DNA of 64,000 nucleotides from Gonapodya sp. JEL0774 (Eukaryota): the NCBI GenBank assembly GCA_027604505.1, contig JADIIX010000019.1:1-64000 (forward strand). The letters run 5' to 3'. How positions within the stretch are numbered: the first letter of the stretch is position 1; each line of letters starts with the position of its first letter. The notes beneath the pieces were generated by a model, which was not told where the DNA came from, searched no databases, and worked only from the letters and a program-made list of their open reading frames with translations. Positions 24,782 through 40,650 of this stretch are shown here, piece by piece. A program made the position numbers and the translations under genes.

Positions 24782-27330
24782 ATGGGTCCTCCCTCTGTCG
24801 CAAAGCGGAAAACACCACAGAGATTGCGAGCATCGACTGTAGCCAAGGCTCAAATCGGTTCTGCTGCTTCATCCGCCCATACCACTGCGTCCACGCCAAT
24901 ATCACGTATATCGGCTCCTGCTGCTCCAGTTTCTAAATCATCGCCACGATCCTCTCCTATTGCAAACCGATTAGGCAACCGAGGTGGTAGTCGCACCACC
25001 AAGCAGACCAAAAATGTGGCAATTGGAGGAGCGCAAGCGACTCCGACATCCAGGGCGCGAGCGAGTGTGGGCGCTGGGTCCACGCGCTCAGCATCCGCAC
25101 CAGAACGACTGGACCTAGCATCGTGGATTGGTCTGCCATCTTTATTCTCTGACGAGAACCACACACATTCTGTTACAAGCCCCCAGCAACCATCAGTCCT
25201 TCCCTGGTACAAGAAGCTCGCAGTTGGTGCATCTGCTTTTGCTTCCGCCGTGAAAAATGTCGTGTCCGGGAAGCACAGATCAGGTGGCTCCGCTAGTGGC
25301 CGGTCTCGCACCCATATGGGGAGGGTAGTAAAACCATCACATCAGGGCGCTCGAAGAGCGGCAACAGCCCGAACTTTTGACATGGATATCTTTTCCGAGG
25401 ACTACACGTCCTCGGCTGGTATGGCTCCACAGGACCGGTCACGTGCTATTCGGGACGGCGCATCTGTTGGAACTTCTGGTACAGAGGCTACTTCCTCAGC
25501 AGGAGCTTCTGGTGATCAGCGATTTGGCTACCGACAAGGAAAAATACGGTTTTTCGGTTCCAGTGGTCGGACTGATTCCATTACCGCTGAGGATGCCGCG
25601 TCACGTAGCCTCCTCCCCAATCCCTCCTCCGCTCCACCCACTTCGCCAAGGAGCATCTATTTCTTCGCAGCTCCTACGAAATCTTTCCCTCGCTTCTCTT
25701 CATCTATGCCTCCTCATTTGACGGAGTTTAATCACTCAGCACTCTCGAACACACTACACGAAGAGACGATGGACCTTGATAGAGATCCTACTTTACCAGC
25801 AGTTTATCCAGTGACTCCTCATCAGCCTAGAATCGGGACAGCTAGGTCTCACGGTGGACTTGGGGTGTGGCAACCCAGAGGGAGGCCCCAAGATGATGAT
25901 ATGGAGGAAGGGGACGAATTTCTGCAGAGAACGGAAGAAGATGAGGATGATATGCAATCTGATGATGATCATGAAATTGAATATTTTGATCGGAATAGCG
26001 AAGCGAATGATCGGGACGATCACCCGTCTTCTGGAACAGCCGATATCCTCGACGCGCTCAACTCAGGTGACATATGCGCCCACGAGATGGAATCCAACAG
26101 TGTACTAGGCGATCGCGAAGAAGAAGCTGATGATGCGAACCAGCTAGGTGTTATCCATGGTGAAGGATTTTCCAATCTCTCCAATCTCGATGGTGACCAG
26201 CTCGCCCTTCTTCGTGGTGAGCTCGCCGCTCTTCGCGAAGAAGTGACACGGTTGAAATCCGAGAAGAGTTCGGGCAGTCTGACTGCCGTGCGTGGCAATG
26301 CAGCTCGCAAGGGAGCTGTGTCTACGGACCAACGGACCGGAACTGCTCCTGATGAATCCTCGGGAGGCGCAATATCATTGATGAAGTCGGCAGCTACCGC
26401 AGCTGCTGGGTTGGCGTGGAGAACTGTCTTTGGGGGAGTGGATCAAAAAAGTGCTTCGAAAGTTGTGTCACGCCAAGCCTATCTGGCCCCCGTCCAATCC
26501 CGTCGGGTCGCCCACCCTCGCCCACCACCGCCAGCACCGCCAGCACCACTAGCACCAGCACCCCCACCACCGCCTCTTCCTTCAATTCATTCGGTGCGAT
26601 TCGCTCCCATCGATCGGGCTCAGTCAACTTACAGTTTCACGTCCCCAACCGGATCTATTGAGGATGTTTCGCCTCCCAAACTCTCATCTCGATCCCAACA
26701 GCCTCAAGTACAACAGCAAAATTCCGCACACCTTCGCCAACGTCATACTCCAGCGTCCACAAGTACCATTGGCGTGCCACCACCACCACCCCCGCCACCT
26801 CCGGTTCTGTTCCGCGCCTCACGCTTACGGACCACTTCGGCGTCACGCGGACCGGGAACTGCTTTGACTGTCGCATCATCTTCGGCTTCATCCGCACCAT
26901 CCAAAAATCCCAATCTGCCCTCTGCCGCCGCAAATAACGGCCCCATTCTAGACCAGATACTCTCCGTGAAACTTCGACCCTCTCAAGAGCGAGGCTCTGC
27001 TGTGGGGTCAAGGAGTGGTCGCTCGCCGGCAAGGCGCGGCAAAGGGGCTTTGCATCACACAGGAGGAAATGTGAGCCCTGAAGGCTTGGATGGTGTCGTT
27101 GCAAAGGCTCTCGAAATAAAGTTCCGTGAGTCTGGAAAGCGTGCTGGTTTTGTGTGGTTGCCGTCACCAAGCGTTTCTCAACAGGTAACGCTCGCACTCC
27201 TGACACCACTGACGGTTCCTTGAAAAGGCGCACTAGTCCCCGTACTTCAGCTAGCACCAAAGGTCGAAGGATTTCAGCTGGCCCTGGAGGCTGGGTTGAA
27301 GAGGAGAGCGAGTGGTTGGTAGTCCTATGA
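24782..27330 (+). CDS. Orphan disordered protein with coiled coil, polyproline tracts and a C-terminal WH2-like/C/acidic module (PRR11/MTFR1/WCA-like)
   Basis: Long ORF 24638-27223 (Met at 24782 is the likely start). An intron at 27126-27184 (gtgagt...caacag) gives ...ILDQILSVKLRPS...VVAKALEIKFRNARTPD...GWVEEESEWLVVL*. Confidence 0.8.
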
Positions 27331-27737
27331 CATCACATACATGATGTCTACTGACTTTGCCCGTGATAATTATCTTGGCCGTGGCCAGTGAAAAGAATAT
27401 TCGGAACAAGATCACGTTTGCATTTGCATGTGTGAAATCATCAAAGATTTCGTTAGTTCAGAGTTCATGTACCGTCTTCGTTCTCTACTCTCCAAAACTT
27501 CACAAATCAAATTTCGACTCGGCGCATTTTGTATCTCACTTACCGATAAATCACTACAACGTATTATACTTGCGTCGGATTCAATATTACTACGGTGTCA
27601 GGAAGCACCGGACTTTTCAACCAGTACTAGTGCCGGGTGGGCCGATTTCAGGTATGTACACGAATGAGAATGATTATCTTTACACATGAATGAAATGTGT
27701 TTACAATAGTATTGAATACGAGGAGTGATTCTCAACG

Positions 27738-30700
27738 TCATATAAATGCACCCTCTTCACCTTCTCCATCAGACTCGACATCCACATCTTCTAAAAGTTG
27801 ATAATTGGTGGCAGGCGCTCCAATTCTGGACATCTGAGCAAAAAAGTTATTCCCTCTCAACCCCATCTCCAATTCACCGTGGGACTGTGCACCCTGTCTT
27901 GTTACTGGCCAAATTGCTCGCCACATCCGTGTCAGAATAGGAGGTAAGAAACTCTCCGAATCAGCAGATGCTGACATGTGCGCCTCAATGTCCTGTGCCA
28001 ACGGAGTGTACTTGCTGCTGTTACTGAACACCGGAACCCCTAATCGTTGCCTTTCAAGCCATCCAGCGCCATGATCTCCCGGGCGGCGATACGCCTTAAG
28101 CATAAGTGAACTCACAACGACACTAACGGAGCTCGCAGCCATCGCAGCCCCTGCAGCCATTGGCGGCATAATGAACCCAATCGGCACCAAGCACCCCATT
28201 GCTAGAGGGATAGTGACGCCATTATAGAGGGTGGAAAATATGAAATTCAGCTGAATACGACGAAAAATTGTCTGCGACAAATCGATCGCAGTAACCACAT
28301 CGGACAGATCATCTCGAATGAGCACCACCTGAGCAGCCTCAATGGCGACATCTGTACCAGCACCAACAGCTATTCCCAGATCAGCACGCGAAATTGCCAC
28401 AGAATCATTTATACCGTCGCCGATAAAGGCAACGTATCGCCGGTTTCCAGTCGCACTGGCACTCTGCAACTTTGTCACAATGACCTCTTTGTCCTGCGGG
28501 GTTGCGGACGCGTGCACTTCCTCCGGAAATAGGCCGACTGTCTCGGCAACGGCGAGTGCAGTAGCTCGGGCATCACCAGTGACCATAGCAACCCGCATAC
28601 CCATCCTACGCAGCTGAGAGATGGTGGTACGAGCTTCGGATTTTGGTTGGTCGGAGACAGCGACCAGACCCGTGAATTGTGAGTCGATTGCAATCAAAGA
28701 AACCGTTCGAGCACGGCGAGAATGTTGAAGGACAACTGATGCCAGACCGGGAGGGAGTGGGACACGTTCAGCTTCCAGAAACGTGGTGTTGCCTATAAGT
28801 ATGCGATGCCTGGGGAGTGATGCGACATCCCGAAGCCGAATTACTGCCCTGATACCCTTTCCTGCCTCGGCAACAAAATCTTCTACCTCCGCCTTCATAT
28901 TTCTTTCAATTTCTGCCAGACATTTTGCACGCTCCGCTTCGTCAATGGACACTTCACCAGAACTCAAATATAATTCTTCGAGGGCCTTGTGCGTTATCGC
29001 CTTTCCCATAGGGTGCTCGCTCCGAGATTCTGCAGCCCACAAGCATTGCCAAAAGACAGCGCGGTCGAACGTCTGAGCCTCTGGTTTGGATCCCAGAACA
29101 AGATCGTCTCGACCGACTATCAGTGTATCACAGACCTCCATCTTGCCCTTTGTCAGCCTAAACACGCGGATTCATCAGTTGCACTCAAAGAATGTTCCGC
29201 GCAACGAAACCCTCTGCTCACGTTCCAGTCTTGTCGAACACGACTGTATCAATTTTACTTGCAGCCTCCAATGACGCTCCTCCCTTAATGAGGATTCCCA
29301 TCTGCGCTCCTACGCCTGTCCCAACCATAACAGCAGTCGGAACAGCGAGTCCCAAAGCGCAAGGGCAAGCAATGACAACGGTCGATATCCCCAGCTTCAG
29401 ACACAGCGTGAAAATAGTATCTTGATCCGAAAAAAGGGAGTGGAGATGTGGAGCAGCAGCAAACAATACCTATGTCCATCGAGTGAGAGCACTGAAAACC
29501 AACAGCAAAGCAACGAATGCGTACAAACCATCCACAAAAAGAAGGTTGCGGCACCCAATCCTAACACAACAGGTACAAAAATACCAGCAACTCTGTCAGC
29601 CAGGTCCTGCACAGGTGCTCTCGCCATTTGGGCCTCCTCCACCAGTCTTACGATCTGGGCAAGCATTGCATCTCCGCCCACACGCATCACACGAATATCA
29701 AGGGATCCCGCACCATTGACGGTGCCCCCAATTATGGGAGATCCCACGAGCTTTCGAACCGGCACAGGTTCCCCCGAGATCATCGACTCATCGACGTATG
29801 AGGATCCCTCCACAACAAAACCATCTGCAGGAAACTTTTCACCAGGTTTAACTCTGACGAGGTCATTCTTCTGAACCAAGGTTGCCGAAACGAATCTCTC
29901 TCCAGTCACGTGACCTTGTTCATCGAGCAGCAGCAGGGTTGCCGTCGATGGTGATAACTCCAACAAAGCCGCAAGAGCGGTCGAAGTACGACCTTTAGCC
30001 AAATTCTCTAAATAGCGACCAAGGCTGACAAATGTGATCAGCATCGCCGGTGTTTCAAAATAGGTGGTGGGTTTCGAAGTCGAGTGAGACAAGCTGAACG
30101 CAGCAAGGGTGAGCATGTAGGTGGAGAAAGAGTAGGCGGCGCTAAAATCGAGAAGTTCAAGTACTGCCGAATTGCGTTGTTTGATCCAATTCCATGAACT
30201 CACGTAGTGCCGACCACCACCAGGACGTCCATTGTCGCACCTTTGCCTAATGATTTCCAAGCCCTCACAAAGAAACTTCTACCCACACCAAACAGAACTA
30301 TTGAAGACAGGACAAATTGGGTGAAGTCTCCGACCGTCGCATCTCCAACAGCACTTGTCCGAATCACGTCCCTCAGCACCGAAGGACCCCACATGGGAAT
30401 CACCATCGAAAGAGCCATAAGCACGGCGGACAGAGCAGCTGACCAGGCAAAAGTTCCCCACCAATTCGCAATCTCACGTGAGCGAGATAGCGACTCGACC
30501 TGGGAATCCCGAAAGTCCTTGCGCGTGGGTGTAGCTCCGTCCCCACATTGCAACACATGAAAGCCGGCGGCTTCGATAGCCTCGGAAATGTCTCGCACAC
30601 CCGCTGCCTTGTTGTCAGGAAGAACAACCACCCGGGCAGATTTGGCGTTGATAGACACATGGCACTCTTTGACACCCTGCAACCGTTTGACTGCCTCTTC

Positions 30701-31881
30701 TACAGATGATGTGCACGAAGGGTTCACGAGGTCGGAAATTTCGAAAGTGTATACACGAGGTGTTTGGTCGCGATTAGGTAAGCGTTGTGAGGAGGATACT
30801 TCGCTGGATGTGGCTCCGGTGGCCAGGATGATGGAGGCATCGAAACCGAGAGACCTTACGAGGGAAACCAGGTCGGTTGGTGTCACGAAAGATGGGTCAT
30901 AATCTATTTGCGCCTGCACAGATCGGGATAGTGTTCTCAGCAGCTACTTGCCGTATTAACACGTCACAAACTCACTCGCTCCGCAAGGAGTGCCACTTTT
31001 GCGTCGCTTACACCTTCACGACTTTTGAGGCCCTTCGTAACTGCCCCCACACAAGAGGCACACGTCATTCCTTGAATGGAAAGCACACAATTCGCGGACC
31101 GCGTTGTTGATGGGATTATCGGAGGATCAGCCAAAGATATCGAAATAGCTTCGGCATCGAAACCCGCACACTCGATCAAATCAATCAGTTGTGCGGGTGT
31201 AATGATGGAGGGGTTGTAAGTAACTTGGGCCTGATCGACAGCCACAGAAGTGAGAATCGAGGGGGCAAAGGTTCCAAATCATACGAAACAACACAAACTC
31301 ACCTTCTCAGTCAACAACGCCACGCTCACTTCTCCTACACCATTACCATCCTTCAATGCTTTCGCCACCGACGATACACAAGAACCGCAGGTCATTCCAC
31401 CAACACGGAGCACACAAGAGGCGGAAGGCGTGGAGGAGGTAGATGAGCCAGAAGCGGATGTCCCAGGAGGGGTCTGAGAGGATAGCGATGCCGGCGCGGG
31501 AATAGCCGGAGGAAATGAGGTCGCTGTGTTCAACATTTCACCAGTGCTGGACTCCAGTGAATCCTTTGATGTGGGAAGCCCGCTTTCTACAGTAGTTAGT
31601 TCGTCACTCGTGGCCGTTACATCGAAGCCAGCGTCCTCCACTGCTGCAACAATGTCGGCGAGAGCAAGGACCATTTGGTCATTGTTCGATCTCAAGAAGA
31701 CAACCTCCCCATCTCCCGAGGAGTGATCCACCTCGACAGAAGGAATAACGGATAAATCGGACACTGCGGCTAAGTCAGAGCGGGAAGCAGCAAGCTCCTT
31801 CAAAGCGCTCTTGATGGAGCTTGAACAGGAGCTACAGGTCATCCCTTTGATTTCCAAACGAGCATGAACGTAGACAGCCAT
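27738..31881 (-). CDS. CCC2: P1B-type copper-transporting ATPase (Ccc2/ATP7-like), multi-exon
   Basis: HMA motifs GMTCSSC, GMTCGSC, GMTCASC plus a degenerate fourth; [49 protein letters not shown] and MAASSVSV. Confidence 0.96.
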
Positions 31882-32599
31882 TTCCCAGGCGTAGGGGAGT
31901 TAGGGTGACTCGAGGGCGATTGCTGGCTGGTGTGTAGCAGGAAAATGGGCGGGAAAGGTAATTGGAGGAAACGTTGATACGAACTGGCAGGCTGCCCTCA
32001 CGCCGCTGAGGCATTCACTCCTGCGGTGGAAACCCGGCTCAAACCAATTTTGTTCAAAGCCTTCACAGATCGTTCAGGAGACAGTAAGATTTTGCATTTT
32101 CGTGTAGTGTAAATGTACAGGGCCAAGAGACATGCATGGTTTTATTGGAGATCCACCGTATCTGGAGACATGAGACTCCCAGTGGACTGGTTACAACACA
32201 TCGTCATCCTACGCAATACCCCACCACCACTTCGAATGGGGTGAGGGCATCTTGGGGACTACGTATATTATTTGGCTCAGAATGAGCACTTCCCCATAGG
32301 CCATTCTGCGGATCAAAAGGTTTGGCGGGCCTCTAATTGAGGTTTTCGTTCTCGTCATCATTGTCTAGCCACTGAGACTATCGAATAATATGGCAATATG
32401 AATTGTCACATAAGCATCTTTCAAACGCCCATGTCAGGAGATGAGGGTTTGCTCCAAAAGGTTCAGTGGCCACTCCCAACGACTTCGGCTCCCCTCTGAA
32501 AGTTCGAGCATCGATTTGAGGCAATTTCGCATCTAATTACATGGGCTTTTAGGACCTTAAGTCCTTGTTCTTGAGCAACGATGGTCGCCTTCGCACAAT

Positions 32600-33520
32600 T
32601 TAGTACTGACACGTAGTTTGGAACACAACCAGCACAATCCGCAACACACTCTTGACAGACTAATGGGTCGCAAGCGGAAACGACATCTGGCGACAGCGAG
32701 ACCACCGAGCAAAACGAACAATCGGACGCAACAGCATCCGGAAGAGCGCACTCTCTCGTCACAGGATTTGGAAGAGCGCATCCTGTCGTCCCCATCACCA
32801 CCTCACAGATTGGATGGCGCCACGAGGGGAAGTGACACGGCTGGAATTATCAGAGATGGTAACGTTTACAGTGAGTACCTTGTGCCCGCGATTGTCAGTG
32901 GATACGTTCATTCTGAAGTTTGTTCACTGCTGGAGTCCTCCGAACATCACGTCTGAACGTCAGCGATCGCACTTGAATGAATTCAATTCTATTATTCGTG
33001 ATATGACGAAATCAAAAGGAGCACGCCGTGTGTGTGGACAACTCTTTGCTCAAAGCGGTATTGATAAAGAGATTGAAGTTGCTATTGATAACATGTTCGT
33101 AGGCTCTCTCTCCATGAATCACACCAATTGAAGCGTTCAGCAAATCCTGGAGCTACGAAGATCATCCCGGCTGCTGCAGATTTGAATGGATGGGTACTTG
33201 ACATGCACGACTTTGTCCCTGGGACGCTTACCAGTTTGATGCCTTCAAAAGACTCTGTACACATGCAAGGTCGTGGAAAACAGAAACAGAATGAAATCAC
33301 TTCTGGAAGTGCTATGTACAAATGGTTTCTCTGGACTTGCTCTGGTTGTTGCAACGACATTGTACAAAATGAACTTCGTCCTAGGTATTCTGTAGCAAAT
33401 GGACTGGTCTGGGGAGTATCTGAAGTGATTGAATATAAACGACTACCAATCTTGACTACAGCAGAGGAAATTGTTATTGCTCGAAACAGATCTTGCTTTG
33501 TTTCCTCTCATTCTGTACAA
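32600..33520 (+). mobile_element. Helitron-like relic (N-terminal Cys/DUF6570-like region; no Rep/helicase in view)
   Basis: Frameshifted intronless ORFs 32618-32956, 32814-33131 and 33128-33580 contain WTCSGCCNDIVQNELRPRYSVANGLVWG...LPILTTAEEIVIARNR, resembling the fungal Helitron CxxC...PxxSxANxLxxG...LTxxEExxIAR motif. Short direct repeat ggaagagcgca at 32740 and 32770. Confidence 0.6.
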
Positions 33521-33733
33521 TACATTTTATCTTTCACGTTTTTACCCGTCACTGCAGACACTGATCATTTACCATTCTGAGCAAAATATCCTCTCCGTGC
33601 TACCGCTGCGAATGGCACTGGCGGGCACGACTTAGGGTGCGTATAATGTAAATTGTTTTGTCCCATAGGTGGGGGGTACGGGTGGTGGGGATGGGCGTGC
33701 CGTGTGTGGAATGGACAAAGAATCCAAACTCGG

Positions 33734-36700
33734 ATGGTTCGAACAGGCGAAGCATCTGAAACACGGACGTCTGCTACCAAAGCAGATTTGATCAGCCCTT
33801 TGGACTCACTGACCCACGTTAAGCTTCGAAATGGGGAAGTCTATCATCTGGGAGGTGTGTGAATAAATTTCAGCTGCAACCATTCCTGGAAGGATCGGCC
33901 CGTTCTACGAATGCTGGCGGGTGACCAGTATGGAGTGTGAAGGTTCTACTTCCATGTTTTACAACCCCTGTGGGTGGGTGGGATGCTCTCTCATGACGAC
34001 AAAGATAGTGGAATCGATCCACTTTCCTTGGCCTGAATCAATCTCAACAAATTGGATTATTTAGCAATTTGGCACTGTCTCTAATCATATCTTGGTTGCA
34101 TGTGCACCAGACACGGTCTACCTCACTCCAGACTTCGCTGGTGAACCTTTCGGGGTTGCCCGGCTTCTCAAATTTGCCCTAGACAAGGCATCCAATGAAT
34201 ACGTCTGCCTCGCCGGCCATTTCTATCGCCCCAAAGATGTGCATGTTAGGCATGGCCGTGGGGACCAGCGTCTTCTCGTTGCCTCTATGCACTCGGAGGT
34301 GTTTGGGGTGGAGGCCATCAAAGGCAAATGCACTGTATCACACAAAGCACAAGTCGGGTCGACTGAGGCGGAGCTGGATGCGTACAGGAAGAAGGAAGAT
34401 TGCTTTTATTACGATCAGTTTTATGATCGATTCACCCAGCGATTCTACGACGTGGTGCCAGTTGAAATGGCAAAAGCGCTACCAAAAGAAGTGTTGGCGC
34501 GTATGTCGAATTATGATGTGCGTATGTTCGCCAAAGTGGCATGGGTCTGCCGTTTCTTTCTGCCATGATTTTAATCCAACTCTTCGCACACTCTGGCGGG
34601 TATATGTTGCCACGTTAGTACATCCTCGTAGAGAATGGAAAATCTGCGGATTGTACGTTGTCTCATGTTTCCAGTTTTTGACAGTTTTTCATAAGCTCAT
34701 CCTCATCCTCAGTCACAAATCCTCACACCTGTGCAACCTGCCATACGCCCGCTCATCTCTCTGAGTCTATGCTCTGCATGACGTGTAGTTGCGTTTATCA
34801 TATGAGATGTTTGGACCCACCTCTTACCAGGAAGCCAGGTAAAGGGTTCGCATGGAGTTGCGTCGACTGCCTTCGTCGGAAGTCTGCCGGGATGGAAGTG
34901 CCAGAGGGAGTTAAGGGGAAGGGCAAGGAGTCGGAGAAGGACAGTGTGGATGCCGGCACGAGCCGAAGCTCTGCGGGTGAGCGTTCCACGATAAATACTT
35001 TTAATTTGGTTCCAAACCTGTAGGTTTTCTGACGCAGGTACTCCCAGCTCAGGAGGAAGCTTTGGCCGGGAACTGTCCGGAACAATACGGAAGCCACTTT
35101 GGCCGTATCGGTACTTTGGAGAGTATAATAATTATAAAGCAGTTCTCGAAGGTTGATATTCAGCCAAAAGATCTTTCGCTCGATGCTCTCGATTCTAACT
35201 CATGGTTCCCCATTAGAACTCGCTGACGACGATACGCCTATATATCCTAAGGCGTCTTCGCGTATTGGCAAGCGTTTTCAGGCAGACATTCCTGAGTTTT
35301 CGCCCAAACCCAAGAAAGTCGCATCTGTTGTACCACCCACCGTTTTAGGCGTGCTTGATAGCTTGATCGACTCCGCACCAGTGTTTTCACATCACCGAGC
35401 GAATGACGGAGAGGAGGGGGATATCAAAGGCGGAATGGAGAGGACGGACATTTTGTTATCTGAATCCGCCACTGCTGCCCAATTATCTACTTTGAATCCG
35501 AATCTGACTGAGCGAAGTGAAGGTATGACTTCAAATGGGGGACATGCACACGGTTTGATGAGCGACCCGATGCAAGGATTGGAAGGTGCAGGGGCTGGCA
35601 AGTCTCGCAAGCATGTCTCATTGTTCAAAAAAAAGTCAAGGGAAGTTGGAAAAGTGAAGTTTGATAAAGATCTTGAAGTCAAGATGGTCGGTTTAGAAAG
35701 AGCAATGGAGGACGAGCGGTACTTCTCACTGCCAGAACAGATGGATGGACGATTGTGTGAGTGCAATGATACTGCTGTTCCTGTTCATATCATGCACCAT
35801 TTGTAGCACCTGAACCCACTCAGGCGATGAGTATCTTTCTTCAAGCATTTCTCACCACTCACAGCTTCGCCACGAATCCGAAGTTCTCGACCGCGCTCTC
35901 GAAGAACTTCATAATGACAACTATGACGTGTCCTCTGCGCTTGCCCGCATTTTATCGATGACCGCCGAAGACTTCAGTATACGGGAATGGTCGCTTGAAG
36001 AGGAGAAGACTTTTGAGACAGGGGTTATCAAGTGGGGCCACGACCTGCATATGGTGAGGAAGGACATGGGGAAGTTCCGAAGCAAAACAAGAGGCGATAT
36101 TGTGAGGTTCTTCTATCGATGGAAGAAAACAAGAAGGTCCGGCTTGAATACCAGCTGCAGTTATTACCGAGAACTCACAGAGACGGTTTCCAATTCACAG
36201 ATATGTGCCTGTCTACTCTCAGTTTTGCAAAAAGTACCGCCCAGGGTGATTTCCAGTCAAAATTATCCAAGGCCATCTGCAAAGATCGTAACCATGCTTT
36301 TCAACTTACAGGAAGAAGTTCAAGTCTCTGAATGTGGAGAGCTCTCTCTCTGTGGAGAGGGATGGAGATGATTCGAACTCTGACTCTGAAGGAGGAACTG
36401 TTCGCGGCAAGGAATGTCAAAATTGTTGGTCGCACAAAGGCCCGTGGAAGAAGCGGTTATCTTCTGGGGGAAGGAACGAAATCCTTTGTTCTGATTGCTT
36501 TACGTGGTATCTCAAATATGGTGGAAATAGGATGGTCGACAAAAGGGCGAACCGGGAAGATGGTTAGTTCCGTCATCTTCTCGAGAATTTAGAGAATGTC
36601 GAACGAACTCGGTCTCACCATTGGTTGTAGGAAAGGGAGGGAGAGGAAAGCTACCTCAACGACGCCAACAACTCAAAAAAGTGAGTAATCCGCCCTTTGT

Positions 36701-38151
36701 CATTCCTCGTGACGACCGCTCATGCTAGCTTATTTGTGCTTGCTAGCGGTCGGAGGGTGAGGAAGAGCTCGAGCGAGCTGTGCCTTGCGCCATCTGCAAC
36801 TTTGCCGAAGAGTACGATGGTAATCCCATTATCACTTGCAGTGGTTGCAAAATGAAAGTACACGAAGGTGTGCAAATTGTGTGAGGATGTGTCCCGCGTC
36901 CACATTTGAAATCGGGAGCTTTGCTTTCATTCACAGAGTGCTACGGAGTGGACAGTGATGATGAAGATATTTCGTGGTACTGCTCCAAATGTCAGGGGAG
37001 GGCCGACTCCAGCGCATCGAAGGTACTTCAGTAATTCTTTTGATTTCTCACCCTTCCTTACTCTTGCCCCAACGTTCACAGAATTATACTTGCGTACTTT
37101 GTCCAACTGTGAACAGAATCGATGCATTGAAACGTACCACATGGAACAACTGGGTACATCTCGTTTGCGCAATTTGGTTCCCTGAAACAAAGTTCGTCAA
37201 CATTAGAACCCGAGAGCCTGTAGAAAGTATCGTGACGATTGATCGGCGGAAGGCGCACCAGGTGTGTAACTTGGTGTGTTTCTGTTTGAAATCATCATAC
37301 ACACGCCTTTCATGTGCAGATGTGCTCGCTTTGCCATCATAACATGGGTTGCTGCGTCACTTGCAACGGCAAGAACTGTAGCCGAAAATTTCACGCTTCT
37401 TGTGCGCAAAATAATCCGAAGTACGGTTTGCTCATTGAAGAGTCTAAAAGTGGTCGTCTAGTTGCGACTGCCTATTGCCCGGAACACAAACCTGTGAGTA
37501 AGACTGATCGCATGATCGCATCACTTTTCTAACAGAGTGTGATCTAATTCTCTTTTCATATTCATTTTCAATGTGCAGACTCCGAAGCCGATTCTCGCTA
37601 TCGTGCAACCGGAATCAGTACAAGACGAGAGTGTCCCAAATCCTCTTCCTTCTGCCCCTATCCACGTTCCGCTATCAAAATCTTCTCTGATTTCTATGTT
37701 TGTTGAGGATCAAAAGCGGTTACCACGGCAACTTCAAAGCCTCCCGAGCACCCTTCGGAAAGTTCAAATTCTTGGGCTCACTGAGAAGTGCTCCTGTCAT
37801 GTTCCGCCAGCCTCTAAGGGCACTCCAGGACCATCAGCTTTATTTTCAGCCTCTGGGTTTTTTAGGCAAGCTCATCAATCAACTGGCCAAGCCCACATTG
37901 GTCGCCAATGTGCATGTTGTTCCACCCGTGTGTCCCCTTACTGGTGGGATGAGGAGGATCTAAGGGCACCCGACTTGGAGTCGCCGAACAATGGAGGGGA
38001 GCTTTCAACCATGCCGATGAGTGAAGAAGTAGTAGCTATGGACATCGAGGAAACTTTTGTTCGTCGAAGTGCGGATCCTTTCACTTCAGGAATGCTCTGT
38101 CAAAAATGCTTCCATGATAGAAAAAAAGCTGGTTCTGGCAGTGTCCCGTAA
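33734..38151 (+). CDS. SNT2: Snt2-like chromatin protein (BAH, PHD, ELM2, SANT, GATA-like, PHD/ePHD fingers), multi-exon
   Basis: BAH (DTVYL..GEPF..HFYRPKDV..RLLVASMHS..KGKCTV..FYYDQFYDR); PHD HMRCLDPPL..KGFAWSC; SRIGKRFQA; WSLEEEKTFE; ALKRT..NNWVHLVCAIW; C-terminal CACCSTRVSPYWW..LCQKC. Confidence 0.92.
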
Positions 38152-38347
38152 TTGCAACGGAGCAAATGGATAGTTTGGCCTTTTCACCACTTGTTGCGAT
38201 TTTCGAATTCTAAATAAATTTTCCAAACATGGGCGGAGCAAGAAGAGAACTTCCACTAAACATTGAATTTCTGGCAAAGGTGTATTGGTATCGAAGTCTC
38301 GCACTGGCGGACTTTACAACGCATGACGATTATACCGATTATACTGT

Positions 38348-40243
<1,896 letters not shown>

Positions 40244-40650
40244 GTTTGATTGATGTTGGGTGTTCGGTGGAAAGAAGTGGACGTCGGACCAGCCATTTTG
40301 GACTGCCACGCCACATTTGTGCCACACTTGCTCAGCCCAACTGGTGAAAGATTGGTTGGGCAGGCCATTTAATATTCGCATGTTTTACATTTTCACCAGT
40401 CTTCGCTGAGGATTCCCTAACAATTTCTCAATATTGCAACTGTAGTCGATGTCCTAATCACTCGCCCGTAATTTCTTTTTGAGCCGAGGAGGTTGAAGTC
40501 TGCGCCTATTACGCGACACTTCAAACGAAACCAAGTATATGTACATCTATGTTCGGTAAACTGGAACTGCATGACAATTTTAATAGTGAGGGGTGGGCAC
40601 AGCTGACGTGAAGTTGTTGCGCCGAAACCAGGTAAACAGGAACCGCGCAA

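Noticed and set aside
27357..27689. Small ORFs between the WCA-like gene and the Cu-ATPase
   Set aside because: AT-rich with no motif; most likely convergent 3'UTRs.
33990..34040. ATGACGA...CTGA hairpin in SNT2 intron 1 as a SECIS or snoRNA
   Set aside because: It is intronic, the helix next to the core does not pair, and it is too short for a snoRNA.
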